Part shown: positions 20,963-31,797 of the stretch, piece by piece
Layout: the number at the start of each line of letters is the position of its first letter
Numbering within the stretch: position 1 is the first letter of the stretch
From: Candidatus Dormiibacterota bacterium
GTDB lineage: Bacteria; Chloroflexota; Dormibacteria; Aeolococcales; Bog-877
Length of the DNA: 64,000 bases
Assembly (NCBI GenBank): GCA_035534915.1
Contig: DATLQZ010000067.1
Coordinates: 34,264-98,263, forward strand
Reading direction: 5' to 3'
Program-made: the position numbers and the translations under genes
Notes under the pieces: generated by a model
Told to the model about the DNA's origin: nothing
Database searches by the model: none
What the model saw: only the letters and a program-made list of their open reading frames with translations

Positions 20963-22102
20963 GTGGAGCTTCGGGACACGGCTGAAGAGTCAGCGTTTCG
21001 GGGAGGGCTGCGCGCGTGGATCTCCGCCAACCTCACCCCGGAGCTGACCGGCCTGGGGACTCGCCACGAAAGCCTGGAGCTGCTGCGGCAGTGGAGTCGG
21101 GACCTTGCGAAGGCCGGTTATGCGGGACTGACCTGGCCCCAGGAATATGGCGGGGGTGGGGGTAAGCACTCGGAGGAGGCGATAGTCCTCGAGGAGTTGG
21201 CCGGTGCCGATGCCCCCCAGCACGTCGGAGCGATCGGGCTAGGGATGGCCGGACCGACCATCATGGGCCACGGAACTGACCAGCAGAAGAGCCAACATCT
21301 GCCCCGAATCCTCGATGCTCGGGAAATTTGGTGCCAGGGCTTCTCCGAGCCGGGCGCGGGCTCCGACCTGGCCGCGGTGAGGACCCGGGCGGAACGTCGT
21401 GGAGACACCTTCTTGGTGAACGGGCAGAAGGTGTGGTCTTCGTATGCCCACATCGCCGACTGGTGCATTCTGGTCACCGTCAGCGACCCGGATGCCCCTC
21501 GGTATAGGGGGCTCACCTATCTCCTGGTCGACATGCACTCGAAGGGTGTGGAGGTGCGGCCGCTCCGTCAGATCACCGGCGATGCCGACTTCAACGAGAT
21601 CTTTTTCACCGATGTCGAAGTCCCGGCGAGCAATGCGCTGGGGGAGGTCGGAGCGGGTTGGCAGGTGGCCATGACCACTTTGCTCCACGAACGGGCCACC
21701 CTCGGCTTCGCCCTGACCGGCTTTCTGGACGGGCACGTTCAGCGGCTCCTGCGGCTGGCGGCAGCTGACCTCAAGGCGTCCGAACCGTGGCTTGCGGAGA
21801 TCGCGGCGGAGTGGACTCAGCTTCAGGCGCTGAAGCTGACCGCCTACCGCTCACTCGGACAACTCGATCTGACCGGAATGCCAGGTCCCGAGGGATCAGT
21901 GATAAAGCTGGCGTGGTCGGAGTCGAACCAACGCGTCACCAAGCTCGCCCGTCAGCTGCTGGGTCCGGGGGCCGTCCTCGACGACGACTTCTGGCAGTAT
22001 CAACAGCTCCGCAGCCGGGCCAACACCATCGAGGCTGGAACCTCGGAGATTCTGCGAAACATAGTGGCTGAGCGGGTCTTGAACCTGCCGAGGTCACGCT
22101 GA
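20963..22102 (+). CDS. acyl-CoA dehydrogenase
   Basis: ACAD fold throughout (WCQGFSEPGAGSDLAAV...). Confidence 0.85.
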   Translation: MELRDTAEESAFRGGLRAWISANLTPELTGLGTRHESLELLRQWSRDLAKAGYAGLTWPQEYGGGGGKHSEEAIVLEELAGADAPQHVGAIGLGMAGPTIMGHGTDQQKSQHLPRILDAREIWCQGFSEPGAGSDLAAVRTRAERRGDTFLVNGQKVWSSYAHIADWCILVTVSDPDAPRYRGLTYLLVDMHSKGVEVRPLRQITGDADFNEIFFTDVEVPASNALGEVGAGWQVAMTTLLHERATLGFALTGFLDGHVQRLLRLAAADLKASEPWLAEIAAEWTQLQALKLTAYRSLGQLDLTGMPGPEGSVIKLAWSESNQRVTKLARQLLGPGAVLDDDFWQYQQLRSRANTIEAGTSEILRNIVAERVLNLPRSR

Positions 22103-23154
22103 TGGACTTCACCTTCAGCCCCGAGCAGCGGGAGCTTCAGGAGCAGGCCCGGTCTTTCCTCGAGCGCCGCTTCACCCCCCAGGTGGTCGCTTCGCTGGCG
22201 GACTCTGACCAGGGGTGGGCGCGTGAGTCGTGGCAGGAGATCGCCAATCTCGGCTGGCTCGGCGTCTCTGTCCCAGAGCGCCTGGGCGGCGCGGGGCTCA
22301 CCTTCCTGGAGGAGGCAATTCTCCTGGAGGAGTTCGGTCGCTGTCTGTATCCAGGCCCATTTCAAGCCTCGATCGGGCTGGCTAGGCCGGCGATACCAGA
22401 GGGTCAACTGGGTCAGCTGGCAGGCGGGCACCGCCGGTGGTCGGTGGCTGTCGGGGCGGCCTGCAACCTGGTCCCGGACCTTGGGGCAGTTGACGCTGTG
22501 GTGGTGGAGAGGAACGAAGAGCTGTGGATGGTACCGGCGTCGGGATGGACGTCGGAACGATCAATAGATTCCACTCGACGAATGGGACGGCTCAGCGAGG
22601 TGGCAGCTGGCGAGCGCCTGGCGACCGGCCCCCAGGCGGCTCAACTAATGGCCCAGATGCGGATTCGCAAGGCCGCCGCGCTGGCGCTGGAATCGGTGGG
22701 AATCGCCCAGCGGGTCCTGGAGTGGGGGATCGATCACGTGCGCACGCGGGAACAGTTTGGCAAGCCGATCGGCTCCTACCAGGCGGTTGCCCATCCTCTC
22801 GTCGACAGCTTCGTGGAGGTGGAACTGGCACGGTCGCTCTGCTACTGGGCGGCCTGGTGCATCAGCGTCGAGCACCGGCAGGCGGAGGTCGCGGCGCTGG
22901 CCGCGTACGCCTCCGCGGTGGAGGCAGCTGTGCACACGTGCGAACGGGTAATTCAGGTTCACGGGGGGATGGGCTTCACCTGGGAGAGCCCGCTGCACCG
23001 GTATTACAAGCGCTCTCTTTGGGTCCAGTACTTCGGGGGAGCCCCGGCGCTCCACCGCAGGGAGTTGGCCCGGAGTCTGATCGCCGAAGCCGTCTCCCAG
23101 GGCAGAGACCGGGGCCGACCGGCCGCCACCGATCAAGGAGGTTCGCTGCCATGA
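22102..23154 (+). CDS. acyl-CoA dehydrogenase family protein, likely the partner subunit of the upstream ACAD
   Basis: 350 aa ACAD-like protein whose start overlaps the stop of the preceding ACAD. Confidence 0.8.
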   Translation: MDFTFSPEQRELQEQARSFLERRFTPQVVASLADSDQGWARESWQEIANLGWLGVSVPERLGGAGLTFLEEAILLEEFGRCLYPGPFQASIGLARPAIPEGQLGQLAGGHRRWSVAVGAACNLVPDLGAVDAVVVERNEELWMVPASGWTSERSIDSTRRMGRLSEVAAGERLATGPQAAQLMAQMRIRKAAALALESVGIAQRVLEWGIDHVRTREQFGKPIGSYQAVAHPLVDSFVEVELARSLCYWAAWCISVEHRQAEVAALAAYASAVEAAVHTCERVIQVHGGMGFTWESPLHRYYKRSLWVQYFGGAPALHRRELARSLIAEAVSQGRDRGRPAATDQGGSLP

Positions 23155-24773
23155 GCATGATGCAGGCTTCCCTCAACAGCTGGATGATGTTCGACCATGC
23201 CGAGCGCTACTTCCCGGATACCGAGATAGTTACCCAGATCGGCCCCGGTGAGCGGCACCGGTACACCTACCGGGACTTCAGCCATCGGACTCAGCAGTTG
23301 ATGCACGCGCTCGACGCCCTGGGGCTCGAAGACCAGGCTCATCTGGCGACCATGGCCTGGAACGGCTACCGGCATCTCGAATGCTACTTCGCGATCCCGT
23401 GCACGGGGAGGGTCCTGCACACCCTCAACCCTCGACTACCCACGCAGGATTTGGAGTTCATCATCACCGATGCCGACGACCAGGTGATCTTTGTCGACGA
23501 GAATCTTCTGCCGGTCCTGGAGCGGGTTCGCGACTCTCTGTCCGGGGTGAGGCACATCGTCGTCTTCGCCGAAAGGGTGCCGACCACCGCGCTTGAGAAC
23601 GTGGTCAGCTACGAGGACTTGATCTTGGGACACCCCGCCAAGTACCCGCGGCGCGAGATTGCCGAAGAGACCACCCTCGGCATCTGCTACACCTCGGGAA
23701 CCACCGGCAGGCCCAAAGGGGTTGAGTACACCCACCGGTCCACCTACCTCCACGCGCTGACAACGACGTCAGGGGCGGCCACTGGCATGGGGCCCCAGGA
23801 TGCTGGCTTGGCGGTCGTGCCCATGTTCCATGTGAACGCCTGGGGCGCCCCTTTTGCCGCCACGATGGTGGGCGCCAAGCAGGTCTTCACAGGACCCTTC
23901 ATGGATCCGGCCACCATCGTCAGCCTCATGGTGGATGAAAGGGTGACCGTGGCTTTGGGAGTGCCGACCATCTGGGCCGGGGTGGCGGAGGAGATGACGC
24001 GCCAGCAGGTCAAAATGCCACACCTTCGATTCGTCATGGCGGGCGGAAGCCAGCCGCCGATGGCCCTCATAGAGCGGTACGAGAAGGAGTTCGGAATCAC
24101 CCTGGTCCAGGGTTGGGGGATGACCGAGACCTCTCCAGTCGCCGCTCTCGCCTGGCCCAAGGAGAAGATGCGTGACTGGGATCCCGACCGGCTGCGAGCC
24201 GAGGTTCGCATCAAGGCTGGGCTGCCGCTGCCGGGAGTGGACGTCAAGATCGTGGGGGATGACGGCGAGGAACTCCCGGCCGACGGCAACTCCATCGGCG
24301 AGCTGTTGGTCAAGGGCCCGTGGGTCATCGACTCCTACCGTGGGGGGGCGACTCCAGAGCGCTTCACCGACGATGGCTGGTTCCGGACTGGGGACGTGGC
24401 CTCGATGTCTCCCGAGGGGTACTTCGTGATCGTCGACCGCACCAAGGACCTGATCAAGTCGGGAGGCGAGTGGATTTCGTCGGTCGACATGGAGGGGGAC
24501 ATAATGGCGATGCCCGGCGTTCTGGAGGCGGCGGTCATCGCCATTCCCGATGAGAAGTGGCAGGAGCGACCACTGGCGGCCGTGGTCCCGCGGCCGGGCG
24601 CTGAGCTAACTCTCGACAAGATCCGACAGCATCTGGCGGACAAAGGATGGGCGAAGTGGCAGCTCCCCGACAGGCTGGAGCTGGTGGAGGTCGTCCCCAA
24701 GACTGGGGTCGGTAAGTTCGACAAGAAGGTGCTCCGGGCGAGATACGGGGCTGCCAGCCCGCCCCAGTTGTAG
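23151..24773 (+). CDS. long-chain fatty-acid-CoA ligase (AMP-binding)
   Basis: YTSGTTGRPKGV AMP-binding motif. The true start is the ATG at 23151 (MSMMQASLN), so the 749-aa ORF in the track is an artifactual N-extension. Confidence 0.85.
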   Translation: MSMMQASLNSWMMFDHAERYFPDTEIVTQIGPGERHRYTYRDFSHRTQQLMHALDALGLEDQAHLATMAWNGYRHLECYFAIPCTGRVLHTLNPRLPTQDLEFIITDADDQVIFVDENLLPVLERVRDSLSGVRHIVVFAERVPTTALENVVSYEDLILGHPAKYPRREIAEETTLGICYTSGTTGRPKGVEYTHRSTYLHALTTTSGAATGMGPQDAGLAVVPMFHVNAWGAPFAATMVGAKQVFTGPFMDPATIVSLMVDERVTVALGVPTIWAGVAEEMTRQQVKMPHLRFVMAGGSQPPMALIERYEKEFGITLVQGWGMTETSPVAALAWPKEKMRDWDPDRLRAEVRIKAGLPLPGVDVKIVGDDGEELPADGNSIGELLVKGPWVIDSYRGGATPERFTDDGWFRTGDVASMSPEGYFVIVDRTKDLIKSGGEWISSVDMEGDIMAMPGVLEAAVIAIPDEKWQERPLAAVVPRPGAELTLDKIRQHLADKGWAKWQLPDRLELVEVVPKTGVGKFDKKVLRARYGAASPPQL

Positions 24774-24812
24774 GCGCCGGCCAGGGCGAGCCTCGTACGG
24801 CACTAGCTGCCG

Positions 24813-26132
24813 ATGCTTAGGATGACGTTGGGCCGACCCAGCCCCATCAACTGTCGGCTGGCAGATGTGCCCCAGCTCAAGCCGGAAGCGCGGTCGAGGA
24901 GAGACGGCTTGGAATCTACCGAGCCTGTGGACGGACCCCTGCAGCGACCCACGCGTCGGTCCCTTCGCCTCCTTGCGTCTCTGGCCGCATCTCTTGCCGC
25001 TCGGCTGGAGGAGATCACGGATCGGACGGTGGAGGCGATCTGCGAGCGGGAAGAGGGATATCGGGAGGGCCGGCTGGTTTCGATGGAGGAGCTCAGGCGC
25101 ACCGTTCACGACAGCCTGGCGGAGTATCTAGGGGTTCTTACCCGTCTCCCAGAAGAACAGGAGCCGGCGCGCGATCAGGCGTGGGCTGTCGGCCGCAGCC
25201 GCGCCGAGCTGGGTGTGCCGCTTGAAAGCGTCTTGCGCGCCTATCGACTGGGTGGCAGCGTGATCTGGGACGAGCTGCTGAAAGAGGCTCGCCGCCGACC
25301 GGAGCGGCCTACCGATGATCTCATGGAGGCGGCGGAGCTGGTTTGGCAGATGACCGACGAGCTCTCGTCAGCAGTGGGTGTCGCCTATCGGCACTCCGAG
25401 GCTGGGCTCATCAGTCGTGATCGCAACCGGCGCGAGAGCCTCCTTCAGGGTCTGCTCAGTGGAATCGCCAGTGAGCGTGATCTCGTCTTCGCCGCGGAGA
25501 CGCTCGGCTTGCCGGAGCACGGCCCCTATCTGGTCGCTGTAGCTGAGCCCGCACGCGATGGGGAGCAGATGCAGCGCCTGATGACGGCCGGCGGCGTCCG
25601 GTCGGCGTGGCTGCTGCAGGGGGGCCGCCAAAGTGGCCTGCTCGCCGCCGCTCGGGGCGGCACGGGGTTGGTTCAGAAGTGCCTGGGACGGATGGTCCCA
25701 ATTAGGGCGGGACTCAGTCCGGAGGTGAGCTCGCTCTCCGACGTCGGCGGCGCCTATAGGCAGGCTGAGCTGGCGCTGCGGTCGATCCCAGCTCATCGCC
25801 ACGCGGTTGTGACGCTGGACGAGAGACTTCCAGCCGCTCTCCTGGTCGTCTCTCCAGATTTGGCGCGCCGTCTAGCCCACCGGGTGCTTGGCAAGCTGCT
25901 GGAGATTGACCGCGGGGAGCGTGCGGCGCTCCTACGAACTCTGCGGCTGTTCCTGGCCGGAGACGGGTCGGTGGTCCAGGTGGCCGCACAGGTTCCCTGT
26001 CATCGCAACACCGTGCTAAATCGCTTGCACCGCATTCGCGAGCTGACGGGCGTCAATCCCACGACTCCGGCTGGAGTCACCGACCTGACCCTGGCCCTGG
26101 AGGCCGCCGAGCTGCTCTCTCTGCTCGACTAA
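24813..26132 (+). CDS. PucR/CdaR-family transcriptional regulator
   Basis: C-terminal PucR-type HTH (VVQVAAQVPCHRNTVLNRLHRIRELTG). Confidence 0.75.
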   Translation: MLRMTLGRPSPINCRLADVPQLKPEARSRRDGLESTEPVDGPLQRPTRRSLRLLASLAASLAARLEEITDRTVEAICEREEGYREGRLVSMEELRRTVHDSLAEYLGVLTRLPEEQEPARDQAWAVGRSRAELGVPLESVLRAYRLGGSVIWDELLKEARRRPERPTDDLMEAAELVWQMTDELSSAVGVAYRHSEAGLISRDRNRRESLLQGLLSGIASERDLVFAAETLGLPEHGPYLVAVAEPARDGEQMQRLMTAGGVRSAWLLQGGRQSGLLAAARGGTGLVQKCLGRMVPIRAGLSPEVSSLSDVGGAYRQAELALRSIPAHRHAVVTLDERLPAALLVVSPDLARRLAHRVLGKLLEIDRGERAALLRTLRLFLAGDGSVVQVAAQVPCHRNTVLNRLHRIRELTGVNPTTPAGVTDLTLALEAAELLSLLD

Positions 26133-26156
26133 CCTGGAGCCCGACGGGGGGCCCCA

Positions 26157-27482
26157 CTAAGGTTTGGCCGAGCCTCTGCCCTGGGGCCTTCCCGCTGGGT
26201 GCCCCCACGGTCGTGGTGACCGGCCAGCCGGCATCGACCGAGCCCCTTGAGGGCGAAAGTTCCGAGTCGGCGCCTGTCCCTGGCGTTGGCCCCGCGGGGC
26301 TTGGTCAGGCGATCCCGCCACGAAGTGCATGTCGCCGGTGGTGAGCAGTCGGGATGGATCCACAAACTGCAGCTCCGGTGCTCCTGAGCGGCGTAGCTTG
26401 CGCCACTTCTCGCCGTCATCCTCGCAGAGAAAGGTCAGGGCCCTGCCCTTAGCCCCATTGCGAGCTGTTCGTCCCACGCGGTGAGTGAGCCATTGGGCGG
26501 TATCTGGTAGCTCGTAGTTGACAACCAGGGTCACGTCGCGGACGTCGATCCCGCGGGCGGCGACGTTGGTGGCGACCAGAACCCTCGATTCCCGGCGCCG
26601 GAAGGAGGCGATCGCGCGATCTCGAGCCGCTTGAGACAGGTTCCCCTGCAGCTCGGCGGTCGCGTGGCCCAGAACCGTCAGGTCGTGCGCCAGCTTGCGA
26701 GCTCCGTGCTTGGTGCGATGGAAGACGATCGTCGAGGCGGACTGCTTCAGCAGTTGGCTGAGAAAGTCCACCTTCTGCGCTCTCGGAACCGATACCAAGC
26801 CGTGTTCGAGGTCCGACTCCTCATTGGGAGCTACGGCGATCCGTTCTGGGTCGACGAGGTGCTTGCGCGCCATCTTGGCGACCCACTCCGGCATGGTCGC
26901 GGAGGCAAGGACCGTCTGCCGCTTGGTGCTGCTGATCCGCTGGTTGGTGCGATCGGTAAGGCTCTCCACGTCCTTGGCGAACCCGGCATCCAGCATCTCA
27001 TCTGCTTCGTCGAGGACCAGGTACTCGATCGCCCCAAGTCGGGCGGCTCCCCGCTGCGCCATGTCCACCAGCCTTCCCGGACAGCCGATGACCACGTCGG
27101 CTGTGCGCAGTTGGTTGGTCTGGCCCCCATACCCGACCCCCCCGTAGACCAAGGCCACGCGCAGCCTGGGATCCAACTGGTTGAGCACCGCGCCGATTTG
27201 GGTCGCGAGTTCACGGGTTGGAGTGATGATCAGGGCTCGCGGAGCGCCGGTGCCGTGACCACCCAATTTCTCCGAGAGAGGAATGAGGAAGGCCAGCGTC
27301 TTACCGGAACCGGTCGGCGACTGAATCACGCAGTCGCGACCCCCGATCAGGATTGGCAGCGCACCCTCCTGAACGGCAGTGGGTGTCTGCAGGCGCTGCC
27401 GCGCCAGATTCTCGAGAGTGCGCGCACGCACACCCAGCTCAGCAAATGTTGTCAACTTGGTGTCCCCGGGCAAAAAGCCCAC
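26157..27482 (-). CDS. DEAD-box ATP-dependent RNA helicase
   Basis: Q-motif, AQTGSGKT-like (SPTGSGKTLAF), DEAD (LVLDEADEM), SAT and HRIGRTAR-like (HRVGRTARNG) motifs, plus an RG-rich C-terminal tail. Confidence 0.9.
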   Translation of the reverse strand: MGFLPGDTKLTTFAELGVRARTLENLARQRLQTPTAVQEGALPILIGGRDCVIQSPTGSGKTLAFLIPLSEKLGGHGTGAPRALIITPTRELATQIGAVLNQLDPRLRVALVYGGVGYGGQTNQLRTADVVIGCPGRLVDMAQRGAARLGAIEYLVLDEADEMLDAGFAKDVESLTDRTNQRISSTKRQTVLASATMPEWVAKMARKHLVDPERIAVAPNEESDLEHGLVSVPRAQKVDFLSQLLKQSASTIVFHRTKHGARKLAHDLTVLGHATAELQGNLSQAARDRAIASFRRRESRVLVATNVAARGIDVRDVTLVVNYELPDTAQWLTHRVGRTARNGAKGRALTFLCEDDGEKWRKLRRSGAPELQFVDPSRLLTTGDMHFVAGSPDQAPRGQRQGQAPTRNFRPQGARSMPAGRSPRPWGHPAGRPQGRGSAKP

Positions 27483-28044
27483 AGTCGCCCTCGCCGGCTT
27501 CGATAATCATGCTTCTCGAGGACGCCGCCGAGTCAGCGGGGCGAGGTATCACCAAGAGGCTGTAGCAGCCTTATTGCAACTACACCGCCTAGGATAGCAG
27601 CTGAGGGGACAGCACGTCGCCTGGTTCTCTCGAGTTTGCTCGCCCGGACATCAGGGAACCGCGACTGCCGATCGGGGGAGTCGGCGGCCCGCCCGCCAGC
27701 CGTAGGGCCACGACAAGGCCCGTGAGCTCCAGATTCAGGGCCACGACGCCCGCGCAGTCCGACCGCTTCCTCGTGCCCTGTGGGCGGGGCCGGAGTGAAG
27801 AGTTCAGCCTGGGCTGACCGTAGCCCGATGACAACGTCGCCGGGTTAGAAGAAGGTCAGTGCCGCATTGGCCACTATCACGGTGCAGAGGTACCCCTGCC
27901 GTGGCCGCGCGACGACGAGGGTCTTCGAGGACCGCCTGAGGACCGCCGAAGGGGGCGGTGCCGAGCCCGAGCAGAGCGCTCCGGCCGATGGGCTCTCCGA
28001 TGATCGCGATGTGGACTCCGCCGATGAGGCCTGTCTGACCGGCC

Positions 28045-28680
28045 TCACCCACCTCCAGCTTTGGAGGCGAAGCCCGAGGTGACCGGCAATAAAGGCGACC
28101 GATGCTGCTCGTGGGAGGCTATCTCCGCTGACCGCTTGATGGCGGTCGCGATCGGGTCGAGCCCATCCAGCAGGCACTCCCGCCAGAAGTCTTCAATCTG
28201 GAAGGTGGCAACCACCCCCGTCTCGTCGCGCACCTCTTGAGTTGCGAGGTCGACGGTGATCTGGTACCCGTCCCGCTGGCGCGTGCGGTCTCTCACGCGG
28301 GCCACCGCGGCCGCTGGGAGCGCGACTGGCAGAAGGCCGTTCTGGTAGGCGTTGGTCGCAAAGATGTCAGCGAAGGAAGGTGCGATCACGGCCCGGACGC
28401 CATATCCGAGCAGCGCCCACGCGGCATGTTCCCGGGATGAGCCACAACCGAAGTTCTGGCCGGTGATCAGGATGCTCGCGCCCCGGTAGGCTAGATCATT
28501 GAGCTCGAAATCGTCGCGGGGCGCGCCCGCCTCATCGTACCGCCAGGCAAAGAAGCAGGATTCTCCGTAACCGTCCTTCTCGGTGCGCTTCAGGAACTGC
28601 TTGGGGATTATCTGGTCGGTGTCAACGTCGTCCCGGCTCAGCGTGGCGCAGAGGCCTTGGTGAACCTTGAAAGCTTCCAT
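28045..28680 (-). CDS. leuD: 3-isopropylmalate dehydratase small subunit
   Basis: LeuD fold (ILITGQNFGCGSSREHAAWAL). Confidence 0.9.
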   Translation of the reverse strand: MEAFKVHQGLCATLSRDDVDTDQIIPKQFLKRTEKDGYGESCFFAWRYDEAGAPRDDFELNDLAYRGASILITGQNFGCGSSREHAAWALLGYGVRAVIAPSFADIFATNAYQNGLLPVALPAAAVARVRDRTRQRDGYQITVDLATQEVRDETGVVATFQIEDFWRECLLDGLDPIATAIKRSAEIASHEQHRSPLLPVTSGFASKAGGG

Positions 28681-28693
28681 ATGGGTCTCCGAA

Positions 28694-30172
28694 TCAGCTG
28701 GCTGAGGTGGAGGCGAGCCGCCTCACATCGACAAAGTGGCCGTGCAGGGCGGCGGCCGCTGCCATCGCGGGGCTCACCAGGTGGGTCCTTCCCCCCGCGC
28801 CCTGTCGGCCCTCGAAGTTGCGGTTGGAGGTCGAGGCACAGCGTTCGCCAGGCAAGAGGGTGTCTGGGTTCATCCCTAGGCACATGGAGCATCCCGCCTC
28901 CAGCCACTCGAAGCCGGCGTCCCGGAAGACTCTGTCCAAGCCCTCCGCCTCAGCGGCACGCTTCACCGTTCCCGATCCAGGGACCACCATCGCCCTGACT
29001 CCCGCGTGGACCCTGTTGCCGACGGCGATGGCGGCCGCGGCGCGCAGGTCCTCCAGCCGACTGTTCGTGCAGGATCCGATGAAGACCCGGTCGATGGCGA
29101 TGTCCTCGATCGCGGTCCCTTCGGTCAGTCCCATGTAGGCCAGCGCGCGCGCGGTCGCGTCTCTGGTCGACTCATCGGGACATTCGTCGAGGTGAGGGAC
29201 CCTGCCGGTGACCGCAGCGACCATGGCGGGGTTGGTTCCCCAGGTCACAAACGGGGCGAGTTCGGCCGCTTGAATCTCCTCCTGACGATCGAAAGTGGCG
29301 CCGGGATCCGTGGCGAAGTTGAGCCAGCGCTCAGCGGCGCGGTCGAAAGCGGGTCCCTCCGGGACTGCCGGCCGGCCCTCCAAATACCTCACGGTGGTCT
29401 CATCTGGGGAGATCATCCCCGCTCTCGCTCCCGCTTCGATAGTCATGTTGCAGAGGGTCATCCGACCTTCCATGGAGAGGTTCCTGACGACGCTTCCAGT
29501 GTATTCAACGACCGACCCCCGCCCGCCCGCGACGCCCAGCCGGCCGATGACGCCCAGCGCCACATCCTTGGCCGTCACCCCCTTCGGCAGTTCGCCCTCG
29601 ATCTTCACCTCCATGGTGGGAGAAGGGGCCTGCCACAGGCACTGGGTGGCTAGAACCTGCTCCACTTCGGAGGTGCCGATGCCGAACGCCAGCGCCCCGA
29701 ACGCTCCATGGGTGGCGGTGTGGGAGTCGCCGCAGACTACGGTCATTCCGGGCTGGGTCAGTCCCAACTCCGGCCCGATCACGTGCACGATCCCCTGGCG
29801 AGCATGATGCAGGTCGAAGAGTGGTATCTCGGCGGCGGCGCAGTTCTCGCTCAGCTGGCGCAGTTGCTCGCGGCCGACCGGGTCGGGGGTGGGCCTGCTT
29901 CTTTCCCAGGTGGGGACGAGGTGGTCCATGACCGCCATCGTGAGGTCGGGGCGGCGGACCTGGCGTCCCATGGCTCGCAAGCCCGCGAAGGCCTGAGGGG
30001 AGGTGACCTCGTGGACCAGATGCAGGTCCACATATAGGAGGATTCGCTCCAGTGGATTACCGCTGACGCGGTGGGAGTCCCAGATCTTCTGATAGGCCGT
30101 GCGGGGAGTGCCCGCCGACGATGCTGGCGGAGTGGTCTCAGCGGTGATGGCCTCGTCCTCCTTGTTCATGCG
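28694..30172 (-). CDS. leuC: 3-isopropylmalate dehydratase large subunit
   Basis: Aconitase-family LeuC with Fe-S ligand cysteines. The start is placed at MNKEDEAIT. Confidence 0.9.
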   Translation of the reverse strand, partial: RMNKEDEAITAETTPPASSAGTPRTAYQKIWDSHRVSGNPLERILLYVDLHLVHEVTSPQAFAGLRAMGRQVRRPDLTMAVMDHLVPTWERSRPTPDPVGREQLRQLSENCAAAEIPLFDLHHARQGIVHVIGPELGLTQPGMTVVCGDSHTATHGAFGALAFGIGTSEVEQVLATQCLWQAPSPTMEVKIEGELPKGVTAKDVALGVIGRLGVAGGRGSVVEYTGSVVRNLSMEGRMTLCNMTIEAGARAGMISPDETTVRYLEGRPAVPEGPAFDRAAERWLNFATDPGATFDRQEEIQAAELAPFVTWGTNPAMVAAVTGRVPHLDECPDESTRDATARALAYMGLTEGTAIEDIAIDRVFIGSCTNSRLEDLRAAAAIAVGNRVHAGVRAMVVPGSGTVKRAAEAEGLDRVFRDAGFEWLEAGCSMCLGMNPDTLLPGERCASTSNRNFEGRQGAGGRTHLVSPAMAAAAALHGHFVDVRRLASTSAS

Positions 30173-31797
30173 CTTGTGGAAAGTCTGTTCGTCACCGCGG
30201 CGTGGCGCGCCGCCCACTCGTAGCTGTCGACCAGCGCCATCGACGAAGCCCGCAGGATGTTGCTGGAGCAACCGACCGTCGTCCAGGTGCGATCTCCGTC
30301 GCTGGAGTCGATCCCGACCCGGACCGTGGCCGCCGTGCCTCGGTCGCCGTCGATCACCCGGACCCGGTAGTCGACGAGGCGCACGTCTGCGAGGAAGGGG
30401 AAGTGGGGGACAAGGGCGCGACGAATGGCCCCGTCCAGCGCCTCCACCGGGCCCGTTCCCTCAGCGGCGGTGTGCACCAGCGCTCCGGTCACTCGCACCT
30501 TGACGCTCGCCTGAACCCCGGTGACCGCTTCGATAGAGTCCCTCACCTGCTCGTGGGCTACTACGAGCATTTCGCACAGCTCGAAGGGAGGGACGTCTTC
30601 AGGCAGGGTCCGAGCGACCAGCAGCTCGAATGACGCGTCCGCGTCCTCAAACGCCCACCCGGCCACCTCCAATCGCTTCAGCTGCTCTACCACTGCTTGC
30701 CCCGCCTCGCGGTCGAGCGGGTCTAGTCCCATGTCCTTGAGCTTGGCGGCGACATTGCTCCGCCCGCTCTGATCGGAGACCACGGTCCGCATCCGGTTTC
30801 CAACCATCTCCGGGTCGATGTGCTGATATGCCATCGGGTCCCGGGAAATCCCTTGGGCATGGAGCCCAGCCTTGTGCAGGAAGGCGGCTGAGCCCAGATA
30901 CGGGCGCTGGGGGTCCGGCAGCCGATTGAGCAGCGAATCCAGCAGCTGGGACACCGACACCAGCTCCGCCATCTGCTCAGGATCCAGCACGCCAAGCCCC
31001 ATCTTGATCTGCAGGTTCGCCGCCACGATCAGGAGGTCAGCATTCCCGCATCGCTCCCCGGTTCCGTTCAAGGTCCCTTGGACCATGCGCGCGCCGGCGC
31101 GCACCGCGGCGAGTGAAGCCGCAGTCGCTGTCCCTGTGTCATTGTGGCAGTGGATTCCCACACAGTCACCGAGCAGCTCCCGGGCCGCCGACGTGGCGCT
31201 CGCGATCTCCTCCGGCAGCCGGCCGCCGTTGGTGTCGCAAAGGACGATCCAACTCGCCCCGGCGCCACGGGCGGTGTCCAGCACCCGCAGCGCATATTCA
31301 GCGTCCGCCGCGTGGCCATCGAAGAAGTGCTCAGCGTCGAAGACAACCTCGCGACCTTCGCCAACTGCCACCTCGATTGAGTCGGCCACCATGCGGAGGT
31401 TCTCTGTCGGGGTAGTTCTGAGGACGGTCTCCACCTGCCAACGGGAGGTCTTCCCCACCAGGGTGACAACCGGGGTCTCAGCCGCCAGTGTCGCTCCCAG
31501 AACGGGGTCCTGTTTAGCTGCTGAGTTGGCTCGGCAGGTGGACCCGAAGGCGGCGAGGCGAGCGCGTCGCAGTGGCCGCGCCCGCAGCTCGTCGAAGACG
31601 CCGGTGTCGCGGGGGTTGGCGCCGGGCCACCCGGCCTCTATGTAGGGGATCCCAAGCAGGTCGACCCGCCGCGCGATGCGAAGCTTTTGCTCGATGCTGA
31701 GCTGCATGCCGAACCCCTGCATCCCATCGCGCAGGGTGGTGTCGTAGAGCACTACCGGCGCGGACTTAGCATCTCGGGCGGGCCGTGGTTCGCTCAT
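30166..31797 (-). CDS. 2-isopropylmalate/citramalate synthase, long form with a C-terminal LeuA-dimer regulatory domain (CimA-like)
   Basis: DTTLRDGMQ and HCHNDTG motifs plus an approximately 150-aa C-terminal regulatory domain. Confidence 0.8.
   Translation of the reverse strand: MSEPRPARDAKSAPVVLYDTTLRDGMQGFGMQLSIEQKLRIARRVDLLGIPYIEAGWPGANPRDTGVFDELRARPLRRARLAAFGSTCRANSAAKQDPVLGATLAAETPVVTLVGKTSRWQVETVLRTTPTENLRMVADSIEVAVGEGREVVFDAEHFFDGHAADAEYALRVLDTARGAGASWIVLCDTNGGRLPEEIASATSAARELLGDCVGIHCHNDTGTATAASLAAVRAGARMVQGTLNGTGERCGNADLLIVAANLQIKMGLGVLDPEQMAELVSVSQLLDSLLNRLPDPQRPYLGSAAFLHKAGLHAQGISRDPMAYQHIDPEMVGNRMRTVVSDQSGRSNVAAKLKDMGLDPLDREAGQAVVEQLKRLEVAGWAFEDADASFELLVARTLPEDVPPFELCEMLVVAHEQVRDSIEAVTGVQASVKVRVTGALVHTAAEGTGPVEALDGAIRRALVPHFPFLADVRLVDYRVRVIDGDRGTAATVRVGIDSSDGDRTWTTVGCSSNILRASSMALVDSYEWAARHAAVTNRLSTSA

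Noticed and set aside
22524-24773. 749-aa ORF suggesting a giant acyl-CoA ligase
   Set aside because: The first 209 codons or so are Gly/Arg-rich and overlap the upstream ACAD. The real start is the ATG at 23151 (MSMMQ...), which overlaps the ACAD stop.
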